A stretch of 64,000 nucleotides of DNA, taken from NCBI GenBank assembly GCA_963779435.1, contig CAVZYL010000026.1:19779-83778 (forward strand), in the 5' to 3' direction. The DNA is from an uncultured beta proteobacterium. GTDB lineage: Bacteria; Pseudomonadota; Gammaproteobacteria; Burkholderiales; Burkholderiaceae_C. A program made the position numbers and the translations under genes. This document shows, in pieces, positions 49,094 through 59,774 of the stretch; positions within the stretch are counted from its first letter, which is position 1, and every line of letters begins with the position of its first letter. The notes under the pieces were generated by a model, which saw only the letters and a program-made list of their open reading frames with translations, ran no database searches and was not told the DNA's origin.

Positions 49094-49918
49094 ATGGCCG
49101 TCTTCGCGATCGTCAATCGCAAGGGAGGCAGCGGCAAGAGCACGCTGGCCACCCAGTTGGCTGCCTGCCTGGCACACCACGGCCTGGGCGTGATGCTGGG
49201 CGACCTCGATCGCCAGGCCTCGGCGTTGACCTGGTTGCGCCGCCGGGCACAACTGCAACCTGCGGTCGTCGCCGTCAGCGGCCGCATCGTCGACCCCCGA
49301 AAGACATTGCACGCCCCACCTGGTGTGTCGTGCATGGTGCTCGACACGCCGGGCGCGCTGCACGGTTTCGAACTCGCCCGCACCGTGATGTTTGCCGACG
49401 CCGTGCTGATGCCGGTCTGCCATTCGGCGTTCGACCGCGAGTCGGCAGCCGACTGTTATGCCGAATTGCGCCGCCACCCGCGCGTGGCCAGTGGCCGCTG
49501 CAGGGTCGCGGCCGTGGGCATGCGCATCGACGCCCGCACGCATGGCGAACAGGCGCTGCGCGAATGGGCCCAGGCCCTGGGCCTGCCGTTCCTCGGCGTC
49601 CTGCGCGAGACCCAGAACTACGTGCGTTGCACCGAGCGTGGTCTGGCCATCTTCGACCTGCCGCCGGCGCGCGTGCAGACCGACCTCGACCAATGGCTGC
49701 CGATCCTGGCCTGGCTGGCGCCGCCGCCGACCGACGTGGCGGCACCCGCACAGCAGGCCCAGGCTGTTGCGGCCACGCCGGCCGGACCACCCACCATCGG
49801 CGTGCCTGCCGCGGCCGCCCTGCCGGCGCCATCGGCCCCAGCCGCCCCTGCGCAGGAGCGCGGGTTGTGGAGCTGGCTGCTGCCTCGACGTTCGAAGTCA
49901 CATCTCAGCCGGCCCTGA
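49094..49918 (+). CDS. Orphan ParA/MinD-type P-loop ATPase with a Pro/Ala-rich C-terminal tail
   Basis: 274 aa with the deviant Walker A NRKGGSGKST and Walker B-like VLDTPG. The last ~75 aa are low-complexity P/A and end in GLWSWLLPRRSKSHLSRP. It starts 12 nt after the Bug gene. Confidence 0.75.
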   Translation: MAVFAIVNRKGGSGKSTLATQLAACLAHHGLGVMLGDLDRQASALTWLRRRAQLQPAVVAVSGRIVDPRKTLHAPPGVSCMVLDTPGALHGFELARTVMFADAVLMPVCHSAFDRESAADCYAELRRHPRVASGRCRVAAVGMRIDARTHGEQALREWAQALGLPFLGVLRETQNYVRCTERGLAIFDLPPARVQTDLDQWLPILAWLAPPPTDVAAPAQQAQAVAATPAGPPTIGVPAAAALPAPSAPAAPAQERGLWSWLLPRRSKSHLSRP

Positions 49919-50013
49919 CCGCCCGTCGCAGTGCGAAGGCCAGCCGGTCACAGCGGCTGCCAGCCGGGTGCGAACTATCGTGCTAAAACACGGCGCAGCC
50001 ACACACGACCGCC

Positions 50014-51195
50014 ATGGACCTGAACTTCACCCCCGAAGAAACCGCGTTTCGGCAACATATTCGCAGCTGGGTGGCGCAGAACCTGCCGACCGACATCAGC
50101 CACAAGGTGCATCACGCGCTGCAGCTGACGCGCGAAGACCACCAGCGCTGGGCCAGGATCCTTGGCCAGCAGGGCTGGCTGGGTTGGGGCTGGCCCAAGG
50201 AATTCGGCGGCCCGGGCTGGAATGCCGTGCAACGCCACCTGTTCGAAGAGGAATGTGCACTGGCCGGGGCGCCGCGCGTGATCCCGTTCGGCCCCGTGAT
50301 GGTGGCGCCGGTGATCATGGCCTTCGGCTCGCCCGAGCAGCAACGGCGCTTCCTGCCTGGCATCGCCAGCGGCGAGGTCTGGTGGAGCCAGGGCTACAGC
50401 GAGCCCGGTGCGGGCTCCGATCTGGCCTCGCTCAAGTGCAAGGCCGAGCGCCGCGGCGACTACTACATCGTCAACGGCCAGAAGACCTGGACCACGCTGG
50501 GCCAATACGGCGAATGGATCTTCTGCCTGGTGCGCACCAGCAACGAGGGCAAGCCGCAGTCCGGCATCTCGTTCCTGCTGATCGACATGAAGACCCCGGG
50601 CGTCTCGGTGCGCCCGATCATCATGCTCGACGGCGCGCACGAGGTGAACGAAGTCTGGTTCGACAACGTCGAAGTGCCCGCCGATCAGTTGATCGGCGAG
50701 GAGAACAAGGGCTGGACCTATGCCAAGCACCTCCTGTCGCACGAACGCACCAACATCGCGGACGTGAACCGCGCCAAGCGCGAGCTCGAACGCCTCAAGC
50801 GCATCGCCAAGGCCGAGGGGCTCTGGGACGAGCGCCGCTTTCGCGACCAGATCGCGCTGCTCGAGGTCGACATCGTCGCGCTGGAAATGATGGTGCTGCG
50901 TGTGCTGGCGGCTGAGCGCGGCGGCAAGCAGAGCCTGGACGTCGCCGGCCTGCTGAAGATTCGCGGTAGTGAAATCCAGCAGCGCTACAGCGAGCTGATG
51001 ATGCTGGCGGCCGGCCCCTTTGCGCTGCCCTGCATCAAGGAGGCGATGGCGGCCGGCTGGCAGGGCGACCATGTCGGCGCGGCACATGTCACACCACTGG
51101 CGGCAACCTATTTCAACACCCGCAAGACGACGATCTACGGCGGCAGCAACGAAGTGCAACGCAACATCGTCGCGCAGACGGTACTGGGCTCGTGA
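50014..51195 (+). CDS. Acyl-CoA dehydrogenase
   Basis: 393 aa. ACAD N, middle and C domains are recognisable (WSQGYSEPGAGSDLASL, YIVNGQKTWTT, IYGGSNEVQRNI). Confidence 0.9.
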   Translation: MDLNFTPEETAFRQHIRSWVAQNLPTDISHKVHHALQLTREDHQRWARILGQQGWLGWGWPKEFGGPGWNAVQRHLFEEECALAGAPRVIPFGPVMVAPVIMAFGSPEQQRRFLPGIASGEVWWSQGYSEPGAGSDLASLKCKAERRGDYYIVNGQKTWTTLGQYGEWIFCLVRTSNEGKPQSGISFLLIDMKTPGVSVRPIIMLDGAHEVNEVWFDNVEVPADQLIGEENKGWTYAKHLLSHERTNIADVNRAKRELERLKRIAKAEGLWDERRFRDQIALLEVDIVALEMMVLRVLAAERGGKQSLDVAGLLKIRGSEIQQRYSELMMLAAGPFALPCIKEAMAAGWQGDHVGAAHVTPLAATYFNTRKTTIYGGSNEVQRNIVAQTVLGS

Positions 51196-51202
51196 GGCGA
51201 CC

Positions 51203-52326
51203 ATGGACTTTGAATTCACCGACGATCAGACCTCGCTTCGCGATGCCGTCCGGCGCTGGGTCGAAAAGGGCTTTTCGTTCGCCCGCCGCCATGCTCTGGC
51301 CAAGGCCGGCGGCGCGACGCGCGCGGTGTACGCCGAGCTGGCCGAACTCGGCCTGACCGGGTTGGCGGTGCCCGCCGGTCATGGCGGCCTCGGGCTGGGT
51401 GCGATCGACGCGATGGTGGTGATGGAGGAACTCGGCCGCGGGCTGGTCAACGCGCCCTATGCCGCCGGCGCGTTGGTCGCACCCGCGCTGCTGACGCACG
51501 CCGAGGCCGCCGTCCAGTCCGCGTGGCTGCCGCGCATCGCCGACGGTTCGGCTCTGGTGGTGCTCGCGCAGCAGGAACGTGGCGCGCGCTACCGCCTGGA
51601 CACCGTGTCGACGCGACGGCGACCAAGGCCGCGGGCGGCTGGTCGCTGACGGGCCGCAAGAGCCTGGTGCCGGCCGGCGACGAAGCCGACGCGTTGCTGG
51701 TGCCGGCGCGGCTCGGGCCTGATGCGGCGTCGCCGCTCGGTCTGTTCCTGGTCGAGCGCGGGCGCTGCGCGCTGCGCGCCTACCCGACGCAGGACGGGGC
51801 GCGCGCGGCCGATGTCACGCTGGCGGCGACGCCGGCACAGCTGGTGCTGGCCGAAGCCGCAGTCGCACTCGAAGCAGCCAGTGACGTCGGTATCGCCGCG
51901 GCCTGCGCCGAGGGTGTCGGCATGATGGACCAGTTGCTGGCGATCACGGTCGAGTACATGAACACGCGCAAGCAGTTCGGCGTTGCGATCGCCAGCTTCC
52001 AGGCCCTGCGCCACCGCGTCGCCGACGTCAAGATGCAACTCGAACTGGCGCGTTCGATGAGCTACTACGCCAGCCTGAAGCTCGGAGAGCCGGCGCCGCA
52101 ACGTCGCCGCGCGCTGTCCCAGGCCAAGGTCCAGCTCGGCCAGTCGATGCGCTTCGTCGGCCAGCAGTGCATCCAACTGCACGGCGGCATCGGCGTCACC
52201 GACGAGTCCAGCGCCAGCCATTACTTCAAGCGCCTGACGATGCTCGAGCTGGCCTGCGGCGACACGCTGCACCACCTGGGCGAAGTCAGCGAGCGCATGC
52301 AGGACAGCGCCGGGGTGTTCGCGTGA
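51203..52326 (+). pseudogene. Acyl-CoA dehydrogenase (second subunit/paralogue), one frame interruption
   Basis: The N-terminal 137 aa (MDFEFTDDQTSLRDAVRRW...ERGARYRLDTVST) are in track ORF 51020..51649. The rest (ATKAAGGWSLTGRKSLVPAG...QLHGGIGVTDE...) is in 51523..52326. The junction is near 51614 and is either +2 or -1 nt. Confidence 0.85.
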
Positions 52327-53319
52327 GCGCAGCCGCGGGCACGGCCCTGGCCGACGCCATCACCGACGTCGCCGGACTCAGCGTCGGCCACTTCACGCAC
52401 CCGCTGCGGGCCACCGGCTGCACCGTCGTGCTGTGCCCTGCTGGCGCGGTGGCCGGCGTCGACGTGCGCGGCGGCGCGCCCGGCACGCGCGAGACCGATC
52501 TGTTGCGGCCGGAAAACCTGGTCGACCACGTGCACGCGGTGCTGCTCAGTGGCGGCAGCGCCTTCGGCCTCGACGCGGCGGGCGGCGTCATGCGCTGGCT
52601 CGAGCGAACACGGCCTCGGCTTTGCCGTCGGCGCGGCGCGCGTGCCGATCGTGCCCGCGGCGGTGCTGTTCGACCTGTGGCGCGGCGACCTGTCGATCCG
52701 TCCCGACGCCGCCGCGGGCTACGCCGCGTGCGAAGCGGCGTCGACGGCCAAGCCCGCCCAAGGCAACGTCGGCGCCGGCGCCGGGGCGACGGTCGGCAAG
52801 CTGTTCGGTATCGAGCGGGCGATGCAGGGCGGCATCGGCAGCGCGTCGATTCGCGTCGGCGGCGTCACGGTGGCCGCGCTGGTGGCCGTCAACGCCATCG
52901 GCGACGTGATCGACACCAACAGCGGCGAGGTGCTGGCCGGTGCCCGCACCGGCCCCGACAGCCGCCACCTGGTGCACTGTGCGGCCGCGCTGGCGCGCGG
53001 CGAGGTGCCGGCACGCTTGCAGGCCGGCATGGCCACCACCATCGGCGTGATCGCCACCGATGCCCGGCTCGACAAGGCCCAGTGCCGCAAGCTGGCCGGC
53101 ATGGCGCACGATGGTCTGGCTCGCTGCATCAATCCGGTCCACACCCCTTACGACGGCGACACCTTGTTCGCACTGGCCACTGGCGCCGTGGCGGGCAACC
53201 TGACGTTGATCGGCGCCTTGGCCGCCGAGGTCACGGCGCGGGCGGTCGCCAGCGCGGTCTTTCACGCGACCGGCCTGCCCGGACTGCCGGCCGCGCGCGA
53301 TCTCGGCGCGCTGTTGTGA
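52323..53319 (+). pseudogene. DmpA/P1 (S58)-family peptidase, one frame interruption
   Basis: The GTG start at 52323 overlaps the preceding stop (GTGA). The N-terminus (ITDVAGLSVGHFTHPLRATGCTVVL...LLSGGSAFGLDAAGGVMRWLE) is in track ORF 52167..54041. The remainder (EHGLGFAVGAARVPIVPAAVLFD...TTIGVIATDA...HTPYDGDTLFALATG) is in 52549..53319. There is an extra C at about 52605. Confidence 0.8.
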
Positions 53320-54041
53320 CGGCCGGCGCGACCCAAACACTGGCGCAAATCCTGTTCAGCCAGGGCTTCGGCACCCGGCGCCACTGTGCGGCGCTGATTG
53401 CGGATGGCCAGATCCAGGTCGGTGGTGTCCGCCTGGACGACCCGCAGGTTTCACTCGGCACTGACGGGCTGGTCTTCAGCGTGCAGGGCCAGCCCTGGCC
53501 GTACCACGCCAAGGCCGTCGTGATGCTGCACAAACCCGCTGGGTACGAATGCTCGGCCAAGCCACGGCACCACCCCGGCGTGCTGGCATTGCTGCCGGCG
53601 CCATTGCGCGAACGTGGCGTGCAATCGGTCGGCCGGCTCGACGCCGATACCACCGGCCTGCTGCTGCTGACCGACGACGGCGCGCTGATCCATCGCCTGA
53701 CTTCGCCCAAGCACCATGTGGCCAAGGTCTACGAGGCGACGTGCAAGCATCCGCTGGCGGCCGACACGGTGGCGCGCCTGCTGGCCGGCGTCGTGCTCGA
53801 CGACGACCCCGAACCGGTACGCGCCATCGCCTGCGAGCGCACGGGTGCATCGCAATTGCGCATGACGCTGACCGAAGGCCGCTACCACCAGGTCAAGCGC
53901 ATGGTCGCGGCGGTGGGCAACCGCGTCGAGGGACTGCACCGCTGCGCCGTCGGCGGCATGACATTGCCGGAGTCGCTCGCGCCGGGCCAATGGTGCTGGC
54001 TCGACGCGGTCGATCGCGAGCGATTGTTCGCGCCACGATAA
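53316..54041 (+). CDS. rsuA: Pseudouridine synthase, RsuA/RluB/E/F family (probably 16S psi516 synthase)
   Basis: This is the last 241 aa of composite track ORF 52167..54041. The GTG start at 53316 overlaps the preceding stop (GTGA). It has an S4-like N-terminus and the catalytic motif GRLDADTTGLLLLTDDG, plus EGRYHQVKRM. Confidence 0.75.
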   Translation: MTAGATQTLAQILFSQGFGTRRHCAALIADGQIQVGGVRLDDPQVSLGTDGLVFSVQGQPWPYHAKAVVMLHKPAGYECSAKPRHHPGVLALLPAPLRERGVQSVGRLDADTTGLLLLTDDGALIHRLTSPKHHVAKVYEATCKHPLAADTVARLLAGVVLDDDPEPVRAIACERTGASQLRMTLTEGRYHQVKRMVAAVGNRVEGLHRCAVGGMTLPESLAPGQWCWLDAVDRERLFAPR

Positions 54042-54050
54042 TCCGCCGCC

Positions 54051-55040
54051 ATGCGAATCCTGCGCGGTTTCCGCCATCCCGACATCGCGCCCCATTGCGC
54101 CCTGACGATAGGCAACTTCGACGGTGTGCACCGCGGCCACCAGGCCATGCTGGCCCTGCTGATCAGCGAGGCGCGGCACCGCGGCGTGCCGTCCTGCGTG
54201 GTGACCTTCGAGCCGCACCCGCGTGATTTCTTCGCCGCCAGGGCCGGGCGTGCAGGCGACGCGCCGGCGCGCATCGCCAACCTGCGCGACAAGCTGGCCG
54301 AACTCGAACGCTGCGGCATCGAGCAGGCCGTCGTGCTGCGCTTCGACGAACGCTTTGCGGCGCAGACGCCGCAGGCCTTCATCGACGACGTGCTGCTGCG
54401 CGGCCTGGGCGCGCGCTACGTGCTGGTCGGCGACGACTTTCGCTTCGGTGCCCGCCGCGCCGGCGACTACGCGATGCTCGATGCCGCGGGCGATGCGGCC
54501 GGTTTCGACGTGGCGCGCATGCAGAGCTACGAAGTGCACGGCCAGCGCGTGTCGAGCTCCGCGGTACGTGAAGCGCTGGCCGCAGGCGACATGGCTCGCG
54601 CCGCCGGCCTGCTTGGCCACCCCTACAGCATCAGCGGCCATGTGCAGCGCGGCCGCAGGCTGGGCCGCGCGCTGGGCGAGACGCAAGCCGGCCAGGGTGA
54701 CGGCTTTCGCACCCTGAATCTGCGCTTCGGCCACCCGAGGCCGGCGGCGATGGGGATCTTCGCGGTCCGCGTACACGGGTTGGCGGCCGACGCACTGCCG
54801 GGCGTGGCCAGCCTGGGCGTGCGGCCGACGATCGAAGACGGCGGCCAGGTGCTGCTCGAAACCCATTGCCTGGCCTGGCCCGCCGCGCTGGGGCCCGAAG
54901 GCGGCTACGGCCGCGTGATCCGGGTCGACTTGCTGCACAAGCTGCACGACGAGCGCAAGTACGGCTCGCTGGCCGCATTGCGCGACGCCATCGCGCTCGA
55001 CGTGGCCCAGGCGCGGGCCTGGTTCGCAGCCCAGGGCTGA
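54051..55040 (+). CDS. ribF: Bifunctional riboflavin kinase / FMN adenylyltransferase
   Basis: 329 aa. Motifs are LTIGNFDGVHRGHQ, SSSAVREAL, and the kinase domain with the PTIE-like segment (LGVRPTIEDGG). Confidence 0.9.
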   Translation: MRILRGFRHPDIAPHCALTIGNFDGVHRGHQAMLALLISEARHRGVPSCVVTFEPHPRDFFAARAGRAGDAPARIANLRDKLAELERCGIEQAVVLRFDERFAAQTPQAFIDDVLLRGLGARYVLVGDDFRFGARRAGDYAMLDAAGDAAGFDVARMQSYEVHGQRVSSSAVREALAAGDMARAAGLLGHPYSISGHVQRGRRLGRALGETQAGQGDGFRTLNLRFGHPRPAAMGIFAVRVHGLAADALPGVASLGVRPTIEDGGQVLLETHCLAWPAALGPEGGYGRVIRVDLLHKLHDERKYGSLAALRDAIALDVAQARAWFAAQG

Positions 55041-55250
55041 CAGCGTCGGTAGAATGGCAAGCATGGCACTTCGCATGCTTGCACTCGACCCGCTGCGCTG
55101 GCGCACGGCCACGCATCGGCAAACCTCGCGCGACCGAATTTAGCCGGGTTCGACCACCGAGCCCGGAGCCGGCGCGCACCCACGCCAGCCGGCCCCGACG
55201 ATGAGCGCCCCGCGCCGCACCCCACGGCGCCCACCGCAGGCACTTGCACC

Positions 55251-58136
55251 ATGACCGAACCCACGACCGCCACCGACTACCGCGCCACGCTGAACCTGCC
55301 CGACACGCCGTTCCCGATGCGCGGCGACCTGCCCAAGCGCGAGCCGGGCTGGATCGCGCAGTGGACCGAACAGGGGCTGTACAAGCAGTTGCGCGCCGCG
55401 CGCCATGGCGCGCCCTTGTTCGTGTTGCACGACGGCCCGCCGTACGCCAATGGCGTGCTGCACATCGGGCATGCGGTCAACAACATCCTGAAGGACATGG
55501 TCGTCAAGTCCAAGCAGCTGGCGGGCTTCGATGCGCGCTTCGTGCCGGGCTGGGACTGCCACGGCCTGCCGATCGAGAACGCGATCGAGAAGGCCCACGG
55601 TCGGCACCTGTCGCGCGACCAGATGCAGGCCAAGAGCCGTGCCTACGCCACTGAGCAGATCGCGCAACAGATGACCGACCGCCGGCGGCTGGGCGTGCTC
55701 GGCGACTGGGAGCACCCCTACCGCACGATGGATTTCGCCAACGAGGCCGGCGAGATCCGCGCTTTCAAGCGCGTGGTCGAGCGCGGCTTCGTCTATCGCG
55801 GCCTGAAGCCCGTCTACTGGTGCTTCGACTGCGGCTCGTCGCTGGCCGAATTCGAGATCGAGTACGCCGACAAGAAGTCGCAGGCGATCGACGTCGCCTT
55901 CCTCTGCGCCGAGCCCGACAAGCTGGCCGCCGCCTTCGGCCTGCCGGAGATCGTCGGCGAGGCCTTCGCGGTGATCTGGACCACCACCGCATGGACCATT
56001 CCCGCCAACCAGGCGCTGAACCTGAACCCGGCGCTGGATTACGCACTGGTGCACACCGAGCGCGGGCAGCTACTGCTGGCCGCATCGCTGGTCGAACAAT
56101 GCCTGGCGCGCTACGGCCTGCAGGGCAGCGTGGTGGCGACGACGAAGGGCGAAACGCTCGCCGGCATTCATTTCCGCCATCCGCTGGCGCATGTCGACGC
56201 GGGCTACGACCGCCTGGCGCCGGTCTACCTGGCCGAATACGCCACCGCCGAGGACGGCACAGGCATCGTGCACTCGTCGCCGGCCTACGGCCTGGACGAC
56301 TTCAACTCGTGCACCGCGCACGGGATGCAGGTCGACGAGATCCTCAATCCGGTGCAAGGGCATGGCAGCTATGCGGCCGACTTCCCGCTGTTCGGCGGCC
56401 AGAACATCTGGAAGGCGGTGCCGGCGATCATCGACGCGCTGCGCGACGCCGGGCGCCTGCTGGCCACCAGCACGCTCACGCACAGCTACCCGCATTGCTG
56501 GCGCCACAAGACGCCGGTGATCTACCGTGCCGCCGCGCAATGGTTCATCCGCATGGACGAGGCGAGTGCCGCGACGGCTGGCGTGTTCACCAAGGACGCG
56601 CCGGCACAGACCCTGCGCGAGACGGCGCTGGCGGCGATCGAGGCCACCACCTTCTTCCCCGAGAACGGCAAGGCGCGCCTGCGCGACATGATCGCCAACC
56701 GGCCCGACTGGTGCATCAGCCGCCAGCGCAGCTGGGGCGTGCCGCTGCCCTTCTTCCTGCACAAGGATTCGGGTGAACTGCACCCGGACACGATGGCCAT
56801 CCTCGACCGCGCGGCGGCGATCGTCGAGAAGGGTGGCGTCGAAGCCTGGAGTCGCGTCACGGCCGAAGAGATCCTCGGCGCCGCCGATGCCGCGCACTAC
56901 AGCAAGAGCAGCGACATCCTCGAGGTCTGGTTCGACTCCGGGTCGACCTTCTTCCACGTCCTGCGTGGCTCGCACGCCGCCGACGGCGGATTCCACGGGG
57001 AAATCGACAGTCGCACAGGTGCTCCGGGCCCCGAGGCCGATCTCTACCTCGAGGGCCATGACCAGCACCGTGGCTGGTTCCACTCCTCGCTGCTGCTCGG
57101 TTGCGCACTGGAAGGCCGCGCACCCTACCGTGGCCTGTTGACGCACGGCTTTACGGTCGACGGCCAGGGCCGCAAGATGAGCAAGTCGCTCGGCAACATC
57201 ATCGAGATCCGCGAGTTCGCGAAAGACCCGGGCGCCGAGGTCGCGCGCCTGTGGTGCGCCTCGACCGACTACGCCGGCGACCCGCCGATCGACAAGAAGA
57301 TCCTGGCCCGGGTCGTCGACAGCTACCGGCGTATCCGCAACACGCTGCGCTTCCTGCTCGCCAACGTCGCCGACTTCGACCCCGCGCGCGACGCAGTGCC
57401 CGCCACGGAATTGCTGGAAATCGACCGCTGGGCATTGGCCCGCGCGGCCGAGTTGCAGGCCGAGATGCTGGCCCATTACGAGCGCTTCGAGTTCCACCCG
57501 GTGGTCGCCAAGCTGCAGCTGTTCTGCAGCGAGGACCTGGGCGCGTTCTACCTCGACGTGCTGAAGGATCGGCTCTACACCACCGCGCCGAAGTCGCTGG
57601 CCCGCCGCTCGGCCCAGACCGCCCTGTGGCAGATCACGCACGCGATGCTGCGCTGGATGGCGCCATTCCTGTCCTTCACCGCCGAGGAGGCGTGGCCGAT
57701 CCTGGCGCCCGGCAAGTCGCCGTCGATCTTCACCGAGACGTTTTCACGTTTCGATGCCCCCGACACTGCGCTGCTGATGAAGTGGCAGCGCATCCGTGCG
57801 ATCCGCGACGAGGTCAACAAGGCCATCGAGACGGTGCGCACCGAGAACAAGGTCGGCTCGTCGCTGCAGGCCGAGGTCGTGCTGACGGTCAACCAGGCCG
57901 ACCATGAACTGTTGGCGACGCTGGGCGAAGGCTTGAAGTTCGTGCTGATCACTTCACAGGCGCGCCTCGAGCGCGGCGAGGCGCTGGCCGTGGCAGTGAC
58001 GCCGTCGCCCGCCACCAAGTGCGAACGCTGCTGGCACTGGCGCAGCGACGTCGGCAGCGACCCGGCGCACCCGGCACTGTGCGGCCGGTGCAGCAGCAAC
58101 CTGTTCGGCGCGGGTGAAATCCGCACGGTCGCCTGA
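55251..58136 (+). CDS. ileS: Isoleucyl-tRNA synthetase
   Basis: 961 aa, intact. It has the HIGH motif (VLHIGHAVN), KMSKS ([10 protein letters not shown]) and the C-terminal zinc knuckle (CERCWHW...CGRC). Confidence 0.97.
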   Translation: MTEPTTATDYRATLNLPDTPFPMRGDLPKREPGWIAQWTEQGLYKQLRAARHGAPLFVLHDGPPYANGVLHIGHAVNNILKDMVVKSKQLAGFDARFVPGWDCHGLPIENAIEKAHGRHLSRDQMQAKSRAYATEQIAQQMTDRRRLGVLGDWEHPYRTMDFANEAGEIRAFKRVVERGFVYRGLKPVYWCFDCGSSLAEFEIEYADKKSQAIDVAFLCAEPDKLAAAFGLPEIVGEAFAVIWTTTAWTIPANQALNLNPALDYALVHTERGQLLLAASLVEQCLARYGLQGSVVATTKGETLAGIHFRHPLAHVDAGYDRLAPVYLAEYATAEDGTGIVHSSPAYGLDDFNSCTAHGMQVDEILNPVQGHGSYAADFPLFGGQNIWKAVPAIIDALRDAGRLLATSTLTHSYPHCWRHKTPVIYRAAAQWFIRMDEASAATAGVFTKDAPAQTLRETALAAIEATTFFPENGKARLRDMIANRPDWCISRQRSWGVPLPFFLHKDSGELHPDTMAILDRAAAIVEKGGVEAWSRVTAEEILGAADAAHYSKSSDILEVWFDSGSTFFHVLRGSHAADGGFHGEIDSRTGAPGPEADLYLEGHDQHRGWFHSSLLLGCALEGRAPYRGLLTHGFTVDGQGRKMSKSLGNIIEIREFAKDPGAEVARLWCASTDYAGDPPIDKKILARVVDSYRRIRNTLRFLLANVADFDPARDAVPATELLEIDRWALARAAELQAEMLAHYERFEFHPVVAKLQLFCSEDLGAFYLDVLKDRLYTTAPKSLARRSAQTALWQITHAMLRWMAPFLSFTAEEAWPILAPGKSPSIFTETFSRFDAPDTALLMKWQRIRAIRDEVNKAIETVRTENKVGSSLQAEVVLTVNQADHELLATLGEGLKFVLITSQARLERGEALAVAVTPSPATKCERCWHWRSDVGSDPAHPALCGRCSSNLFGAGEIRTVA

Positions 58137-58138
58137 CG

Positions 58139-58636
58139 ATGACCCGTTCTTCATCCGCTGCGCCGAGCCTGGCCGTCTGGCTCGGCCTGGCGCTGGTCGT
58201 CATCGTCCTGGACCAGTTCACCAAGACCTTGATCCTGGGCTACTTCCAGCTCGGCGACAGCCGTCAGGTCACCTCGTTCTTCAACGTCGTGCGCGTGCAC
58301 AACAGCGGTGCGGCGTTCTCGTTCCTGGCCGGTGCGACAGGTTGGCAGCGTTGGTTCTTCGTCGCCCTCGGCCTGATCGCGGCGGCCTTCATCGTCTGGA
58401 TGCTGCGCAGCCACCCGGCGCAAAGGCTGTTCTGCTTTGCCGTCACGATGATCATGGGCGGCGCCTTGGGCAACGTCGTCGACCGCCTGCTGCATGGCCA
58501 CGTGGTCGACTTCATTCAGGTCCATTGGCAGGATTCGTACTTCCCCAGCTTCAACCTCGCCGACAGCGCGATCACGCTGGGCGCGGTGCTGCTGATCGTC
58601 GACGAGCTGCGGCGCGTGCGCCGCGCAGGCGGCTGA
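58139..58636 (+). CDS. lspA: Lipoprotein signal peptidase (signal peptidase II)
   Basis: 165 aa, starting 2 nt after ileS. Motifs are NSGAAFSF and [10 protein letters not shown]...VVDFI, plus FNLAD. Confidence 0.93.
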   Translation: MTRSSSAAPSLAVWLGLALVVIVLDQFTKTLILGYFQLGDSRQVTSFFNVVRVHNSGAAFSFLAGATGWQRWFFVALGLIAAAFIVWMLRSHPAQRLFCFAVTMIMGGALGNVVDRLLHGHVVDFIQVHWQDSYFPSFNLADSAITLGAVLLIVDELRRVRRAGG

Positions 58637-58649
58637 CGAGGGCGCGCGC

Positions 58650-59393
58650 ATGAACCGCAATGCACTGCGCACGGGCGATGGATTGGCCTGGCTTGCGCTG
58701 ATCGGCGGGGTCCTGAGCGCCATCGCGGCCCTGTTCGCCGGGCCGGCCTACCGTGGCGCACTGCTGTCGCTGGGCGGGGCCTTCGGGCTCCTGCGCTGGG
58801 CGACGATCGCCGCCATCGCGGGCGCCGGCCTGGCGATGCTGGCACTGGGATTGCTGGCGCTGGGTGGCGCCCGCCGCGGCCGCGCGCTGGCCGCGGCGGC
58901 CATCGTGGCCAATTCGGTCGTCGCCGCCCCACCGCTCTACCTGTACACGCAGGCGCAAAAGCTGCCCAAGATTCACGACATCAGCACCGATACGCAAGAC
59001 CCACCGGCCTTCGTCGCCGTGCTGCCGCTGCGCCAAGGCGCACGCAACCCCGTCGACTACCCACCCGACACTGCCGCGCAGCAGCGCCTCGGCTACCCGG
59101 ACATCGCACCACTCGTGCTCGGCGTACCGCCGGCGCAGGCTTTCGAGCGCGCCGAGCGCACGGTGCGGGCGATGGGCTGGCAGATCGTGGCCGCGGCGCC
59201 CGAAGCCCTGCGCATCGAAGCCACCGACACCACGCTGCTGTTCGGCTTCAAGGATGACGTCGTAATCCGGATCCGACCGAGCGGCCAGGGCAGCTTGGTC
59301 GACGTGCGCTCCTTGTCGCGCATCGGCGGCAGCGACATCGGCACCAATGCCCGGCGCGTGCGTCGCTTTCTCGATCGTCTGGCCAACGACTGA
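58650..59393 (+). CDS. DUF1499-domain membrane protein
   Basis: 247 aa with three or four N-terminal hydrophobic helices. The C-terminal domain (LLFGFKDDVVIRIRPSG...VDVRSLSRIGGSDIGTNARRVRRFL) is typical of DUF1499. Confidence 0.7.
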   Translation: MNRNALRTGDGLAWLALIGGVLSAIAALFAGPAYRGALLSLGGAFGLLRWATIAAIAGAGLAMLALGLLALGGARRGRALAAAAIVANSVVAAPPLYLYTQAQKLPKIHDISTDTQDPPAFVAVLPLRQGARNPVDYPPDTAAQQRLGYPDIAPLVLGVPPAQAFERAERTVRAMGWQIVAAAPEALRIEATDTTLLFGFKDDVVIRIRPSGQGSLVDVRSLSRIGGSDIGTNARRVRRFLDRLAND

Positions 59394-59419
59394 GCGCGCG
59401 CAGCCGATCGCGCCACGCC

Positions 59420-59758
59420 ATGCCCGCAGGCCGCCGCCAGCGTCATCACCATCAGGTCTACGTCGTCGAGTTGGCCGACCAGGTCTGGAACGAAGCCAGC
59501 TTTCGCAAGGCCAACCCGGAATACCAACTCGGCAAACCCTTCGTCTACGTCGGCATGACCGGGCTGGACCCCGACCTGCGCCTGGACCGCCACAAGGCCG
59601 GCATTCAGGCCAACCGCTTCGTCCTCAAGTACGGGCTGCACTTGCTGCCCGCGCTGTACGAGGTCTACAACCCGATGCCCTACGAGGCCGCGCGCGAGAT
59701 GGAGGTCGAATTGGCCATCGGGCTGCGCGAAGCGGGGTACGGGGTCTGGCAGGCGTGA
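59420..59758 (+). CDS. Small GIY-YIG-like domain protein (hypothetical)
   Basis: 112 aa. VYVVEL (GIY-like), 20 residues, then VYVGMTG (YIG-like), followed by a conserved-position Arg (RLDRHKAG) and a downstream Glu (EMEVELA). The assignment is by motif spacing only. Confidence 0.5.
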   Translation: MPAGRRQRHHHQVYVVELADQVWNEASFRKANPEYQLGKPFVYVGMTGLDPDLRLDRHKAGIQANRFVLKYGLHLLPALYEVYNPMPYEAAREMEVELAIGLREAGYGVWQA

Positions 59759-59774
59759 GGCGAGGCACAGCACT

